From the NCBI GenBank assembly GCA_041737295.1, contig JBGSSA010000076.1, positions 1,031-65,030 on the forward strand: a stretch of 64,000 nt of DNA, written 5' to 3'. The DNA comes from Bacteroidales bacterium. GTDB lineage: Bacteria > Bacteroidota > Bacteroidia > Bacteroidales > UBA10428. How positions within the stretch are numbered: the stretch's first letter is position 1; each line of letters starts with the position of its first letter. The position numbers and the translations under genes were made by a program. Positions 38,532 through 49,310 of the stretch are shown in pieces. The notes under the pieces were generated by a model, which worked only from the letters and a program-made list of their open reading frames with translations, searched no databases and had not been told where the DNA came from.

Positions 38532-39812
38532 TCATCCGAAAAACAAATACGCAATGAAGATGGCCGCGATCACCCCGGCCAGGTCGGCGATCAGTCCCGC
38601 CGAAACAGCATATCTTGTTTTGGTTATGTTCACGGCTCCAAAGTAAACCGCTAACACGTAAAATGTTGTTTCCGTGGACCCCTGAAAAATACTGGCCAGT
38701 CTGCCGGGAAACGAGTCGGCCCCGAAATGCTTCATGGTTTCCACCATCAAGCCGCGGGCACCGCCTCCGCTAAGCGGTTTCATAAGGGCTACAGGCAACG
38801 CATCCACAAACCGGGTATCCATTCCGAAAAAGCCAAAAAATCCCCGTAACCCCTGCATCAGGAAGTCAAATGCACCCGAGGCCCTGAATATACCAACGGC
38901 AACCAGCATAGCCACCAGGTAAGGAATTATTTTTATTGCAATTGTAAAACCTTCTTTGGCCCCTTCTATAAAGGTCTCATACAAGTTTATCTTTTTTCGT
39001 ACCCCCAGGAAGATAAACAGGATGATGATCAGGAAGAGTATAAAATTCCCTGCAAACCCTGTCCGGGATGCCACTTCTGCCTGGCTCAGCCGGGTGAGGT
39101 ACCAGATAATACCGCCGATGACAACCGAAATGCCCCCAAGGTAGATAAGGACAACCTTATTCAATAAGTTGATTTTCTGGCGGATGGAAACATAAATCAA
39201 CCCGCTCATAGTGGCAAAATACGTAGCCAGGATAAGCGGGATAAACACGTCGGTTGCCACCTGGGCTCCATTGGCAGCGCGCAGGGCCATTATGCTGATG
39301 GGTATTATTGTCATCCCTGCTGTATTGAGCATCAGGAACATGATCTGCGCATCCGAGGCCGTTTCTTTGTTGGCATTCACTTCCTGAAGTTCATTCATTG
39401 CTTTTAATCCAAGGGGAGTGGCTGCATTATCCAGCCCGAGCATGTTAGCGGAAAGGTTCATCACCATGGATCCCATGGCCGGATGATCCTTTGGTATGCC
39501 GGGAAATATCCGGCTGAACAACGGACTTACAAGCCGTGACACCCCTTTTATAACACCTCCCTTTTCTCCGATCTTCATGATACCCAGCCACAGGGTCATC
39601 ACTCCAATCAAATAGATCGAGATCTCCACACTCGTTTTTGCATTATCGAATGTGCTTTTAACGATAGCTGAGAACACATCCCTGTCAGCCACGGTCAGCA
39701 CAAACTGAAAATGTGTCATGATAAAATCGCGGAAATAATAAGCCGCCACCCTGAAAACGGCAACTATAAATCCGATGAGAAAAAAGCCGACCCAGATATA
39801 ATTCAGAATCAT
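38532..39812 (-). CDS. nucleoside-recognition (Gate) domain membrane protein, fused SpmA/SpmB-like
   Basis: Polytopic membrane protein with duplicated Gate-domain-like halves. GVSRLVSPLFSRIFPGIPKDHPA is typical of SpmA. Confidence 0.65.
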   Translation of the reverse strand: MILNYIWVGFFLIGFIVAVFRVAAYYFRDFIMTHFQFVLTVADRDVFSAIVKSTFDNAKTSVEISIYLIGVMTLWLGIMKIGEKGGVIKGVSRLVSPLFSRIFPGIPKDHPAMGSMVMNLSANMLGLDNAATPLGLKAMNELQEVNANKETASDAQIMFLMLNTAGMTIIPISIMALRAANGAQVATDVFIPLILATYFATMSGLIYVSIRQKINLLNKVVLIYLGGISVVIGGIIWYLTRLSQAEVASRTGFAGNFILFLIIILFIFLGVRKKINLYETFIEGAKEGFTIAIKIIPYLVAMLVAVGIFRASGAFDFLMQGLRGFFGFFGMDTRFVDALPVALMKPLSGGGARGLMVETMKHFGADSFPGRLASIFQGSTETTFYVLAVYFGAVNITKTRYAVSAGLIADLAGVIAAIFIAYLFFG

Positions 39813-39839
39813 ACAGTAAATGCCATTTGCACGTAAGTA

Positions 39840-41987
39840 TTATGTTTCATCTGCCAGCGACATGTCAATCTGTTTGCGGGCCATGTTTACACGGGCTACT
39901 TCGATTCTTACCGGGTCGCCCATCTGGTATTTTTTACCGGTTCTTTTTCCCCGGATACAATAATTGTCCTCATCGTATTCGTAAAAATCCCCGATCAGTC
40001 CGCGCAACGGGATCATGCCCTCACATTTGTTTTCAATGATCTGTACAAAGATACCCCACTCCGTAACTCCTGAAACCACACCGTCAAATACCTGTCCGAT
40101 CTTATCCTTCAGAAATTCAGCCTGCTTGTATTTAACTGACGCCCTTTCCGCTTCCATGGCCAGGACTTCCATTTTTGAAGACTGCCTGCACATTTTCTCC
40201 ACCTCTTTCTGATTGCTGGCCGGGGCCCCGGCCAGGTAATCGGCCAACAACCTGTGAACAAGCATGTCGGGATATCTCCTGATGGGGGAAGTAAAATGAG
40301 TATAATAGGGGAATGCCAACCCGTAATGACCAATGTTGCTGGTTGTATAAACAGCCTTTGCCATGGCACGCAGGGCTAAATTTTCAACAATATCCTGTTC
40401 CCGCGTGCCCCTTACCTCATCCAGCAGTTTGTTCAGCGACATGGCCGTTTGTTTCCCCGATGCCAGGGAAAGCTTATACCCAAACCGTTTTATGAAATGT
40501 GAGAATTTTTGAAGTTTTTCATTGTCGGGTTTATCATGTATGCGGTATACAAAGGTCCTCTTCTCCTTTGAACCGGCCGCCTTGCCTACTCGTTCAGCCA
40601 CACGTTTATTGGCGAGGAGCATAAATTCTTCGATGAGCTCATTGGAAATGTCGTGTACCCTTGCATAGATCTTCACCGGTACACCCTTCTCATCCACGTC
40701 AATCTTGATTTCTTCCCTTTCGAAAGCGATAGACCCGGCTTTAAACCTTTTTTCGCGAAGGATGCGGCCGAGCTGGTTTAATTTCAGAATCTCGTTTTTC
40801 ATATCTCCATCCCCGGTATCAATGACCATTTGGGCTTCCCGGTAGGAAAACCGCCTGTCGGAGTTGATGACGGTGCGACCAATCCATTCCGATATGATCT
40901 CAGCCTCTTCATTCATTTCAAAAACAGCGGAAAAACAAAGCTTATCCTCATTGGGGCGTAAGGAGCAGAGATAATTAGAGATTCTTTCCGGCAACATGGG
41001 CACAACCCTGTCGACAAGGTAAACCGATGTCGCCCTTTGCAGTGCCTCTGCATCGAGCAGGGTACCGGGAAGCACATAGTGGGTTACATCCGCGATGTGA
41101 ACTCCTACTTCCCAGTTACCACCCGGTAGTTCCTGAAGTGACAACGCATCGTCGAAGTCCTTGGCATCTTCAGGGTCAATTGTAAAGGTTGGGATCTTAC
41201 GGAAATCGCGTCTCGATTTTAGTTCTTTTTCAGATATCCGGTCTGCGATGCGGGAGGCCTCTTCTTCAATCTCTTCGGAAAAACGGAAGGGCAGTTCGAA
41301 TTCCGCCAGGATGGCATGCATCTCGGTTTCATTGTCACCCGGGTTTCCCAGGACCTCAACAATTTCACCAAATGGATTTTTGGCATGCTTTGGCCATTCC
41401 GTCAGTTTTGCTATAGCCTTCTGGCCATTTTTCGCACCTTTTAATTTATCCAGCGGAATAAAAATGTCGAAAGGCATATGCCGGCTGTCAGGGGTGAGAA
41501 AGGCATATTTGTCTGAAATTTCGATGGCTCCTACAAAGGTCTCGCGGGCTCTTTCAAGGATCTCAACCACTTCCCCTTCCGGCATCCGTGTTTTTTTGTG
41601 CGCATATAAAAGCACTTTTACAGTATCTCCGTTCAGCGCATGGTTGAGGTTGTTCTGTGAAATAAAAAGATCTTCCTTTAAATTCTCGGAAATAACATAC
41701 CCGTAACCGCCCCTGGCCATATCAATCGTGCCAATGATATACCCGCCTTTCGATACGATCCTGAATTTTCCCGTGGACAATTCCTCCAGCGCATCCTTTT
41801 CTTTCAGATCGTAAAGTACTTCGGTTATCAGTCTTTTTTCGGAGGAATCGGTAATCAGCAGCTGACTTGCCAGTTGCTTGTAGTTGAAAATTCTTCTCGG
41901 ATGTCGTGAAAAAATAGCCAATATATTATTTGACAATTCTTTCTTATTGATACCCTTAAACTTAATATTTTGCTTTTTTTTTGCCAC
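39840..41987 (-). CDS. rnr: ribonuclease R
   Basis: Cold-shock/OB N-domains, RNB catalytic domain (IDPEDAKDFDDAL, HYGLAFPYYTHFTSPIRRYPDMLVHR) and a C-terminal S1 domain. Confidence 0.95.
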   Translation of the reverse strand: MAKKKQNIKFKGINKKELSNNILAIFSRHPRRIFNYKQLASQLLITDSSEKRLITEVLYDLKEKDALEELSTGKFRIVSKGGYIIGTIDMARGGYGYVISENLKEDLFISQNNLNHALNGDTVKVLLYAHKKTRMPEGEVVEILERARETFVGAIEISDKYAFLTPDSRHMPFDIFIPLDKLKGAKNGQKAIAKLTEWPKHAKNPFGEIVEVLGNPGDNETEMHAILAEFELPFRFSEEIEEEASRIADRISEKELKSRRDFRKIPTFTIDPEDAKDFDDALSLQELPGGNWEVGVHIADVTHYVLPGTLLDAEALQRATSVYLVDRVVPMLPERISNYLCSLRPNEDKLCFSAVFEMNEEAEIISEWIGRTVINSDRRFSYREAQMVIDTGDGDMKNEILKLNQLGRILREKRFKAGSIAFEREEIKIDVDEKGVPVKIYARVHDISNELIEEFMLLANKRVAERVGKAAGSKEKRTFVYRIHDKPDNEKLQKFSHFIKRFGYKLSLASGKQTAMSLNKLLDEVRGTREQDIVENLALRAMAKAVYTTSNIGHYGLAFPYYTHFTSPIRRYPDMLVHRLLADYLAGAPASNQKEVEKMCRQSSKMEVLAMEAERASVKYKQAEFLKDKIGQVFDGVVSGVTEWGIFVQIIENKCEGMIPLRGLIGDFYEYDEDNYCIRGKRTGKKYQMGDPVRIEVARVNMARKQIDMSLADET

Positions 41988-42070
41988 CGGATGTTAAATA
42001 TTTGGAAAAGGTAAGAAAGTTTTGCCAAATGACCTGAAAAGCAAGGAAATGATTGAGCGGAACCCCGGAA

Positions 42071-42988
42071 TCAAAGGCTGCTTTTATTCACTCCAAAAGC
42101 CTTTTCTTCAATTTCATCTCCGATGGGTTCAATATGAATGGCCACATCAAACACATTCTCAATATTCTCCTTTAATGCATCTTCCACCCTGTGTGCAATT
42201 TCATGGGCCTCGCGTAAGGATAAATCACCATCTACCTCAAGGTCGATGGCAATCATTACCTTGTGACCTATATTTCTTGCCCTGACCCTGTGGGGATGAT
42301 GGGCACCCTCCACGGAATCGATCACTTCAAAGATTTTATTATAGATTGTGCAGTCTTTAGTACCATCCATCAGTTCAAGGGAGGTCTGCATATAAATCTT
42401 ATATGCAACGCGCAACACCCAGATGCTTACAAGGAAGGCCGTGATCGTATCCAGCAAAGGGACCTTGAATATATAGATCCCCGCAAGTCCCGCCAACACT
42501 GATACCGAGATCACCACATCGTTTTGCATATTTTTCCCGTTGGCGACAAGCATTGCACTTCCCGTTCTTTTGCCTGCCCTGAACTGATGCCGCGAGAGAA
42601 GTAGTTTACCTGCAATTGAAATGACTGTGACATACACTGCCAGGGGTGTGGGAGGCGGTACAACATTGCCATGGATGAATTTTTGCACTGTTGCAATAAG
42701 CAACTGTGCTCCTGCGAAAAATATGATAAACGACAAAGCCTTCGTGGCAATTGTATCGGCCTTTTCATACCCGTAGGGATATTTTTTGTCGGGGGGTTTC
42801 ATTAAAAGATTGGCGGTAATGAGCGTGATTACCGATGTAATAATATCGCTCGATGAATCCACACCATCCGCCACAACTGCAAGGCTCCCCGAAATGAGAC
42901 CGGCCGAAATTTTTAATACCGATAACGCGGCATTTCCGGATATTCCAATCCAGGATGCTTTTTTAATTTCCTGCTCTCTTACTGCCAT
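42071..42988 (-). CDS. cation diffusion facilitator (CDF) family transporter
   Basis: Six TM helices with SLAVVADGVDSSSD (TM2 metal site) and a C-terminal cytoplasmic domain (VHHPHRVRARNIGHKVMIAIDLEV). Confidence 0.85.
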   Translation of the reverse strand: MAVREQEIKKASWIGISGNAALSVLKISAGLISGSLAVVADGVDSSSDIITSVITLITANLLMKPPDKKYPYGYEKADTIATKALSFIIFFAGAQLLIATVQKFIHGNVVPPPTPLAVYVTVISIAGKLLLSRHQFRAGKRTGSAMLVANGKNMQNDVVISVSVLAGLAGIYIFKVPLLDTITAFLVSIWVLRVAYKIYMQTSLELMDGTKDCTIYNKIFEVIDSVEGAHHPHRVRARNIGHKVMIAIDLEVDGDLSLREAHEIAHRVEDALKENIENVFDVAIHIEPIGDEIEEKAFGVNKSSL

Positions 42989-43005
42989 TCCGGGTTATCA
43001 TGCCA

Positions 43006-43710
43006 TTAATCATTCATATTCCCGATCTTGAAAAGCATCTTTTCATCGAGTATTTTTATCTTCCTTCCCTGCAGTTCAATCAGGCCATCCTGTTTAAATT
43101 CTGATAAAAGCCTTATCACCGATTCGGTTGCAGTGCCCACCATATTGGCCAGTTCTTCACGGGTCAGCGTGATCTGTAAGTATTTTTCATTATCCAGGTC
43201 AAAATCTTTTCTCAAATGTATCAATACCTCGGCCAGCCTCTCCCTTACGGTTTTCTGTGCTATATCGGTGATATAGTCATTGGCTTCGCCAAGTTCCTTA
43301 CAGGCAATCTGAAGGAGTTCCAGCGCAAACGTACCGTTGTGTTTCACGAATTCGAGTACGGTATCGGTGTGAACAAACGAAATATAGGCATCCTCCAGTA
43401 CTTTTGCGGTTGTGCATGCACGCTCACGGGTAATTGTTGAACGGAATCCCATGATGTCGCCCTTCTTCGCAAACCGGATGATCTGTTCCTTACCGTCAAA
43501 CCCGGTTTTATATATTTTGATGATTCCCCGTTGTACACAATAGAAACCATTGATTCGACTGCCTTCAGAATAAATAATTGTGCCCCGCTTGTAAAAATCA
43601 GGATCCTGGTCGATGGGAATCCGGGCAAGTTCCTCCGGCGTCAAATGTCTGAAAATCGAGGAGCTTTCACTGAAGTATTCTTTTCTGACCGGTGCTGTAT
43701 GGTTTTTCAT
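43006..43710 (-). CDS. Crp/Fnr family transcriptional regulator
   Basis: cNMP-binding beta-roll (GFYCVQRGIIKIYK...GDIMGF) and C-terminal HTH TREELANMVGTATESVIRLLSEF. Confidence 0.85.
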   Translation of the reverse strand: MKNHTAPVRKEYFSESSSIFRHLTPEELARIPIDQDPDFYKRGTIIYSEGSRINGFYCVQRGIIKIYKTGFDGKEQIIRFAKKGDIMGFRSTITRERACTTAKVLEDAYISFVHTDTVLEFVKHNGTFALELLQIACKELGEANDYITDIAQKTVRERLAEVLIHLRKDFDLDNEKYLQITLTREELANMVGTATESVIRLLSEFKQDGLIELQGRKIKILDEKMLFKIGNMND

Positions 43711-43739
43711 AATACTAAAATATCAGTGGTATTATTGTC

Positions 43740-43747
43740 TAAATTTG
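43740..43747 (+). promoter_or_regulatory. -7 box (TAnnTTTG) upstream of the OsmC-family gene
   Basis: TAAATTTG, 31 nt before the ATG at 43779, followed by an A-rich leader. Confidence 0.4.
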
Positions 43748-43778
43748 TAAGCAAAGCTATCAAAAAAAACAAAAAAAA

Positions 43779-44192
43779 ATGAAAGACACAATTAATGTAA
43801 CATGGATGGGAGATATGACATTTGAAGCGGCAATAAGGGAACACAGGGTTCTCATGGATGCGAATGAAGATTCGGGCGGTCATAATAAAGGACCCCGGCC
43901 GAAGCCGATGCTGATGGCCTCACTGGCAGGATGCACCGGCATGGATGTCATATCCATCCTGAAAAAAATGAAAGTTGAACCAACGGATCTCAATATACGT
44001 GTCGAAGGGATACTTGCTGAGGAACATCCGAAGATTTATACTTCCATCCACCTGATTTATGAATTTAAAGGCGAAAACCTGCCCATGGACAGGCTAATGA
44101 GAGCTATTGAACTTTCTCAGGAGAAATACTGCGGGGTGAGCCTTTCCCTTCAGAAAGCCATGCCGGTTACCTGGGAAATCACCATGCTGTAA
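43779..44192 (+). CDS. OsmC family protein
   Basis: 137 aa. PKPMLMASLAGCTGMDV and QEKYCGVSLSL carry the two conserved Cys positions of OsmC/Ohr-like proteins. Confidence 0.75.
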   Translation: MKDTINVTWMGDMTFEAAIREHRVLMDANEDSGGHNKGPRPKPMLMASLAGCTGMDVISILKKMKVEPTDLNIRVEGILAEEHPKIYTSIHLIYEFKGENLPMDRLMRAIELSQEKYCGVSLSLQKAMPVTWEITML

Positions 44193-44212
44193 CTATCCGT
44201 AATACATTCATC

Positions 44213-44923
44213 GTGTCATTGCCTGCAACACTGCAATCTTATTTGCATGGTTTTGCCGGTCTCATTTTTCCGAGATACTGCGCAGCCTGTGGAAAAGCGT
44301 TGTACAGAAATGAAAACATCCTTTGCATAGGCTGTTTTGTTGAACTGCCGAGGACCAGTTTCCATCATGATCCTGAAAATGAAGTGGCTCAACTTTTCTG
44401 GGGCAGGTTACCTGTGGAACATGCAACATCGTTCATGTATTTTGCCAAAGGCAGCCGTTTCAGGCAAATACTGCATGAACTGAAATACAACGGGCAGAAG
44501 CAAATTGGTGCAGCCATGGGGCGTATGTTCGGCGCTGAATTAAAAAATACCCGGTTTTCTGATGCCGATATGATCATTCCTGTACCCCTACATCCGTCGA
44601 GATTAAAAACAAGGGGGTATAACCAGAGTGAACTGATTGCATCCGGAATAAGTGAAATTTTGCAGCTTCCCCTCGAAACCACCCTGATCAGCAGGGCTAT
44701 TGATACCCTTTCGCAAACGCATAAATCAAGATATGAAAGGTGGGAAAATGTCAGGCAAATATTCATTTGTGAAAATCCGGATGCGGTCAGAAACAAGCAT
44801 GTCATCCTTGTGGATGATGTGATTACTACAGGTGCAACGCTCGAAGCGTGCGCTTCCTGCCTGGTTGGAATTGAAGGGATAAAAATCAGCCTGGTTTCCC
44901 TGGCCGTTGCCAAGCTGCTGTAA
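44213..44923 (+). CDS. ComF family protein (phosphoribosyltransferase domain)
   Basis: N-terminal Cys pairs CAACG...CIGC and the PRTase motif ILVDDVITTGATL. GTG start. Confidence 0.8.
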   Translation: MSLPATLQSYLHGFAGLIFPRYCAACGKALYRNENILCIGCFVELPRTSFHHDPENEVAQLFWGRLPVEHATSFMYFAKGSRFRQILHELKYNGQKQIGAAMGRMFGAELKNTRFSDADMIIPVPLHPSRLKTRGYNQSELIASGISEILQLPLETTLISRAIDTLSQTHKSRYERWENVRQIFICENPDAVRNKHVILVDDVITTGATLEACASCLVGIEGIKISLVSLAVAKLL

Positions 44924-45108
44924 ATAAAATAAATTTACAGGAAGAAAATAATTACCCTGAATATCAGTTAGCTTATTTGGCTGTCACAAGGAGGACGGAT
45001 TTGCAGCTTCGCCTGCAATTGTGACTTTTGAGACATCCCCGTGAAATTATTGTCTTACAATTTCGTAATATTGCTGAATTGAATAAGTCTCCTGTTTATA
45101 TTATCATT

Positions 45109-47733
45109 ATGGCTTTTCTGATGCTGTTCCTTCCCCTGGGATGCAGTGTTCAGAAAAACACCGGTCTATCCCGCACCTTTCATGAGATAACCGCCAAATT
45201 CAATGTACTCTTCAACGGAACCCAGAGTTTCAACAAGGGAACCGAAAAAATTGAAGAAGGATACAATGATGATTTTGCAGAAATCCTGCCCATATTTCCA
45301 TTTACCACAAAGGAAGCATCCGCACTGGCCAGTTCAGATATGGACCACGCGATAAAAAAGTGTGAAAAGCTCATCGCCCTGCATTCCATTACGGTGAAAC
45401 CCAAGGTGAAAAATTCAAAGACGCTCTCTCCTGCAGAACGCGAGTTTTTCAATAAAAAAGAATATAACGGGTATGTCGATGACGCTTACCTTCTTATGGG
45501 AAAATCCCATTTTTACAGGCAGGAATATGCCGAGGCCTATGAACTTTTCCACCGGATACTGAATGATTTCAAAGGCGAATCCGTCATTCCGGAAACCCAG
45601 ATCTGGCTTGCCCGCCTGTCTGTTCAAACCCTGCAATACAAGGATGCCTACGAAATCCTGAATCTGCTGCAAAATAGCGCCGGATTCCCGAAAAAACTCC
45701 AGGATGAGCTTTATCCCTCCCTGGCCGAATATTATCTTTCCCAGAAAGATTATAATCAAGCCATAAATTATCTTCAGAAATCGGTTTCAGTTGAAAAAAA
45801 GAAAAAATCAAAAACCCGGTTCCTTTTTATTCTGGCTCAGCTTAGTGAGAAAACCGGGGATCTCAAACAGGCTTCGGCATACTATTCTGAAGTGATTAAG
45901 CTGAACCCCGTTTATGATATGGCCTTCAATGCAAGGATCAACAGGGCACTTGCCTTTCAGCAGGGTTTCAGCAACTCATCCGAAATCGAAAATGAATTGC
46001 TGAAAATGCTCCGTGACGATAAAAACATGGAATACCTGGACCAGATTTATTATGCACTGGGAAATCTGGCCGCTAAAGAAGGGAATAACACGAAAGCAGT
46101 CGATTATTATAAGAAATCAGTTCAGTACAATGTAAACAATGAGCTGCAAAAGACCCGGTCATTCCTGACCCTGGCTAATCTGTTCTATTCTATGCCGGAT
46201 TATCCGAGTGCACAAATGTATTATGACAGTGCCCTTGTTACACTCGATCCCGGGTATCCCGGGTACGAGGCCCTGTTTACCAAATCAAAAAGCCTTACCC
46301 GTCTGGTAAAGGAACTGAATACGGTACAACTTGAAGACAGCGTGCTGAAACTGTCTAAATTGCCTGAAGCGGAATTGCTTGCAAAAATCGACGGCATTAT
46401 TGAGGATGAGCGCAAAAAAGTGGAAGCTGAACAACTGCGGATTCAGAACGAACAACTCGATCGTATGCAGGGCAATGAAATGGCAACGCAGAATATGATG
46501 AAGCAACCCGGATTAGAGGGCACCCGGTGGTATTTTTATAATGATGCAGCCAAAAGCCTGGGATACAGGGAATTTAAATTAAACTGGGGTACCCGCAAGC
46601 TCGAAGATCACTGGCAACGGGCATTAAAGGCTTCCTCTGCATTTGCCGCCGGTACGGATGAAACGGAGACCGATGAATCAGAACCTGATGCCCCGGTCAA
46701 TAACTACAGTAAAATGTCACGTGAATATTATACGGTAAATATTCCCCGAACCGATTCGGCAGTAACCGTTTCGCTCAGGCGTGTTGAACTGGCGCTTTTT
46801 AACATGGGTATTATTTATAAAACCGATCTGAAAGACCTGGATAAGGCCTCCGCAGCATTCAAGGAGCTGATTAAAAGATACCCCCGGTCAGATTACCTGC
46901 TCATGTCGTATTTTAACCTGTATTCAATTGCCAGGGATCAGAATAACCAGGCCATGGTGGATTATTACAAAAATATTATTTCGGGACAATTCCCCGAAAG
47001 CATGTATGCCAAGGTGCTTACCAATCCGAAATATGTTGAGGAACTTGAAGAATCGGAAAACAAGATAAAAAAGTATTATTCGGATACCTATGAACTCTAT
47101 AAGGCCGGCAATTATTCCGAAGTTATAAGCCGCTCAAGTTATGCACAGAGTAATTTCAGTACGAATCCGCTCATTCCCCGCTTTGAATACCTTGGAACCC
47201 TGTCGGCCGGTAAAAATGAGGACCGTAAAATTTTCAGGGAAAATCTCCTGGCCCTGATCACGAAATATCCACAAACGGATGTGTCGGATGATGCCCGGAA
47301 CCTGATCGATTACATGGACAAGGAGCATCCTGAAATAAAAGCAGAACATGATATTATCGTAAGCAAGAAACTGTACCAGCCTGATTATGATACCGAACAT
47401 CTTTTTGCATTCATTGTCGATAAAAAGATGAATACCAATCAGCTAATTTTCAACATTATTAATTTTAATCTCGATAACTTTGATAAGTTGGGTTTGCGCG
47501 TGGATATCTCTGATCTGAATCCGGGCCAGAACCTGATACTGGTAAAAACTTTCGATGACAAAAATGAAGCCATGGCATATCTCGCAGCGGTGAGATCTTC
47601 GGAATCATTGCTGAAGGATATACCAGGCGCGGAAATTACTCCGATAGTCATTTCATCAGGCAATTTCAATATACTCAAATCGGATAAATCGGCGGATCTT
47701 TACCTAAGGTTTTTTACTGAAAATTATCGCTGA
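45109..47733 (+). CDS. porW: T9SS periplasmic TPR lipoprotein PorW/SprE
   Basis: Likely start MAFLMLFLPLGCS (lipobox). The track start at 45028 is upstream. Multiple TPR-like repeats, ~870 aa, immediately followed by porX. Confidence 0.65.
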   Translation: MAFLMLFLPLGCSVQKNTGLSRTFHEITAKFNVLFNGTQSFNKGTEKIEEGYNDDFAEILPIFPFTTKEASALASSDMDHAIKKCEKLIALHSITVKPKVKNSKTLSPAEREFFNKKEYNGYVDDAYLLMGKSHFYRQEYAEAYELFHRILNDFKGESVIPETQIWLARLSVQTLQYKDAYEILNLLQNSAGFPKKLQDELYPSLAEYYLSQKDYNQAINYLQKSVSVEKKKKSKTRFLFILAQLSEKTGDLKQASAYYSEVIKLNPVYDMAFNARINRALAFQQGFSNSSEIENELLKMLRDDKNMEYLDQIYYALGNLAAKEGNNTKAVDYYKKSVQYNVNNELQKTRSFLTLANLFYSMPDYPSAQMYYDSALVTLDPGYPGYEALFTKSKSLTRLVKELNTVQLEDSVLKLSKLPEAELLAKIDGIIEDERKKVEAEQLRIQNEQLDRMQGNEMATQNMMKQPGLEGTRWYFYNDAAKSLGYREFKLNWGTRKLEDHWQRALKASSAFAAGTDETETDESEPDAPVNNYSKMSREYYTVNIPRTDSAVTVSLRRVELALFNMGIIYKTDLKDLDKASAAFKELIKRYPRSDYLLMSYFNLYSIARDQNNQAMVDYYKNIISGQFPESMYAKVLTNPKYVEELEESENKIKKYYSDTYELYKAGNYSEVISRSSYAQSNFSTNPLIPRFEYLGTLSAGKNEDRKIFRENLLALITKYPQTDVSDDARNLIDYMDKEHPEIKAEHDIIVSKKLYQPDYDTEHLFAFIVDKKMNTNQLIFNIINFNLDNFDKLGLRVDISDLNPGQNLILVKTFDDKNEAMAYLAAVRSSESLLKDIPGAEITPIVISSGNFNILKSDKSADLYLRFFTENYR

Positions 47734-49295
47734 TGCCGGAATCGAAAAAAATAAAAATACTGTGGACTGATGACGAAATTGATCTGCTAAAACCCCATAT
47801 TCTTTTTCTCATGGAAAAGGGATATGAAGTAGTCATGGCTACAAATGGCGATGATGCAATTGAACTTATCCAGAATAACCACTTTGACCTGGTGCTGCTT
47901 GATGAAAACATGCCGGGAATCAGCGGAATTGAGACCCTGAACAAAATTAAAGTCATAAATTCCACAATCCCTGTGGTGATGATCACCAAAAGTGAGGAAG
48001 AAAATATCATGGAGACGGCAATCGGGTCAAAAATTGCCGATTACCTCATCAAGCCTGTCAACCCCAATCAGATCCTGCTTTCGATTAAAAAGAACCTGGA
48101 TACCAAGAAACTGATCACCCGCGAAACGAATTCTGCCTATCAGTCGGAATTCCGTAACCTCGGAGTTCAGATCAACATGGCCAATGCTTACAAGGACTGG
48201 GAGGAAATATACCGGAAACTTGTATACTGGGAACTGGAACTTGAACGATCAAACGATACAGGGATGATCGAGGTCTTTAAAATGCAGAAATCAGAAGCCG
48301 GGCTGGGCTTCGGCCGGTATGTTCGCAACAATTATCTTTCCTGGTTCTCTGAGAAACCGGGCAAACGGCCCCTGCTTTCAGCCAATGTTTTCAAGGAGAA
48401 GGTTTTTCCCCTTGTGGATCAGCATCAGAAAGTATTTGTCATACTTATGGATAACCTCCGCCTCGACCAATGGAGATGCCTGTACCCGATTATCAGCGAG
48501 TATTATATTTCGGTGGATGATTCCCTGTTCTGCAGTATTCTTCCAACAGCCACACAATACGCGCGTAATGCGATGTTCGCCGGACTGATGCCCAAGGAGA
48601 TCGCTTCAATTAATCCGCAGCTCTGGCTGAATGACGATATTGAAGGGGGAAAAAACACAAATGAAGAGGAACTGCTTCAGAAACACCTTGCCCGGCTGGG
48701 AAAAAAGTACCGGTTCTTTTATGAAAAGATCATTCATGCCCGCACAGGTAAAAAGCTGGTTGACAATTTCAACAACCTGCTTCAATATGACCTTGTTGTA
48801 ATTGTTTATAATTTTATTGACCTGCTGTCACATGCCAATACGGAACTTGAAATGATCCGTGAACTGGCAGGCGATGATTCAGCCTACCGGTCACTTGTTT
48901 TATCATGGTTTCAGCACTCCCAGTTGCTCGATTTTATCAAAATGCTGGCTGAAAAAGATGTGACCGTGATATTTACAACCGATCACGGATCAATCCGGGT
49001 CAATAATCCGGTCAAGGTCATCGGCGATAAAAAAACGTCTGCAAATCTGCGGTATAAAATGGGAAGAAATCTGAATTATAATGCAAAGGAAGTTTTTGAA
49101 ATAAGGGATCCTTTCCAGGCCCATCTGCCGAAACCGGATGTCAGTTCCGGATTTATATTCGCAATGAATGCTGACTTTTTCGCTTATCCCAACAACTACA
49201 ATCATTACGTGAGCTACTACCGCAACACATACCAGCATGGGGGCATTTCAATGGAAGAAATGATGGTTCCGGTGGTCACCATGAGACCACGGTAA
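47733..49295 (+). CDS. porX: T9SS response regulator PorX (receiver + PglZ/alkaline-phosphatase-like domain)
   Basis: Receiver domain (ILWTDDE...DLVLLDENMPGISG...VVMITK). C-terminal PglZ-type domain (VILMDNLRLDQW..., TTDHGS). ~520 aa, as for PorX. Confidence 0.8.
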   Translation: MPESKKIKILWTDDEIDLLKPHILFLMEKGYEVVMATNGDDAIELIQNNHFDLVLLDENMPGISGIETLNKIKVINSTIPVVMITKSEEENIMETAIGSKIADYLIKPVNPNQILLSIKKNLDTKKLITRETNSAYQSEFRNLGVQINMANAYKDWEEIYRKLVYWELELERSNDTGMIEVFKMQKSEAGLGFGRYVRNNYLSWFSEKPGKRPLLSANVFKEKVFPLVDQHQKVFVILMDNLRLDQWRCLYPIISEYYISVDDSLFCSILPTATQYARNAMFAGLMPKEIASINPQLWLNDDIEGGKNTNEEELLQKHLARLGKKYRFFYEKIIHARTGKKLVDNFNNLLQYDLVVIVYNFIDLLSHANTELEMIRELAGDDSAYRSLVLSWFQHSQLLDFIKMLAEKDVTVIFTTDHGSIRVNNPVKVIGDKKTSANLRYKMGRNLNYNAKEVFEIRDPFQAHLPKPDVSSGFIFAMNADFFAYPNNYNHYVSYYRNTYQHGGISMEEMMVPVVTMRPR

Positions 49296-49310
49296 ATACC
49301 GCTTCCGACG

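Noticed and set aside
38464-38646. 60-aa plus-strand ORF after the OMP gene
   Set aside because: It spans the bidirectional terminator hairpin and runs antisense into the Gate-domain membrane protein gene.
41161-41706. 181-aa plus-strand ORF inside rnr
   Set aside because: It is antisense to RNase R, which has clear RNB and S1 motifs. The translation is Ser-rich with no motifs.
47733-49295. PglZ domain as a marker of a BREX/phage-defence system
   Set aside because: The PglZ-like domain is fused to an N-terminal receiver domain and sits directly after porW/sprE, which is the PorX architecture. No BrxC, PglX methyltransferase or other BREX genes are present.
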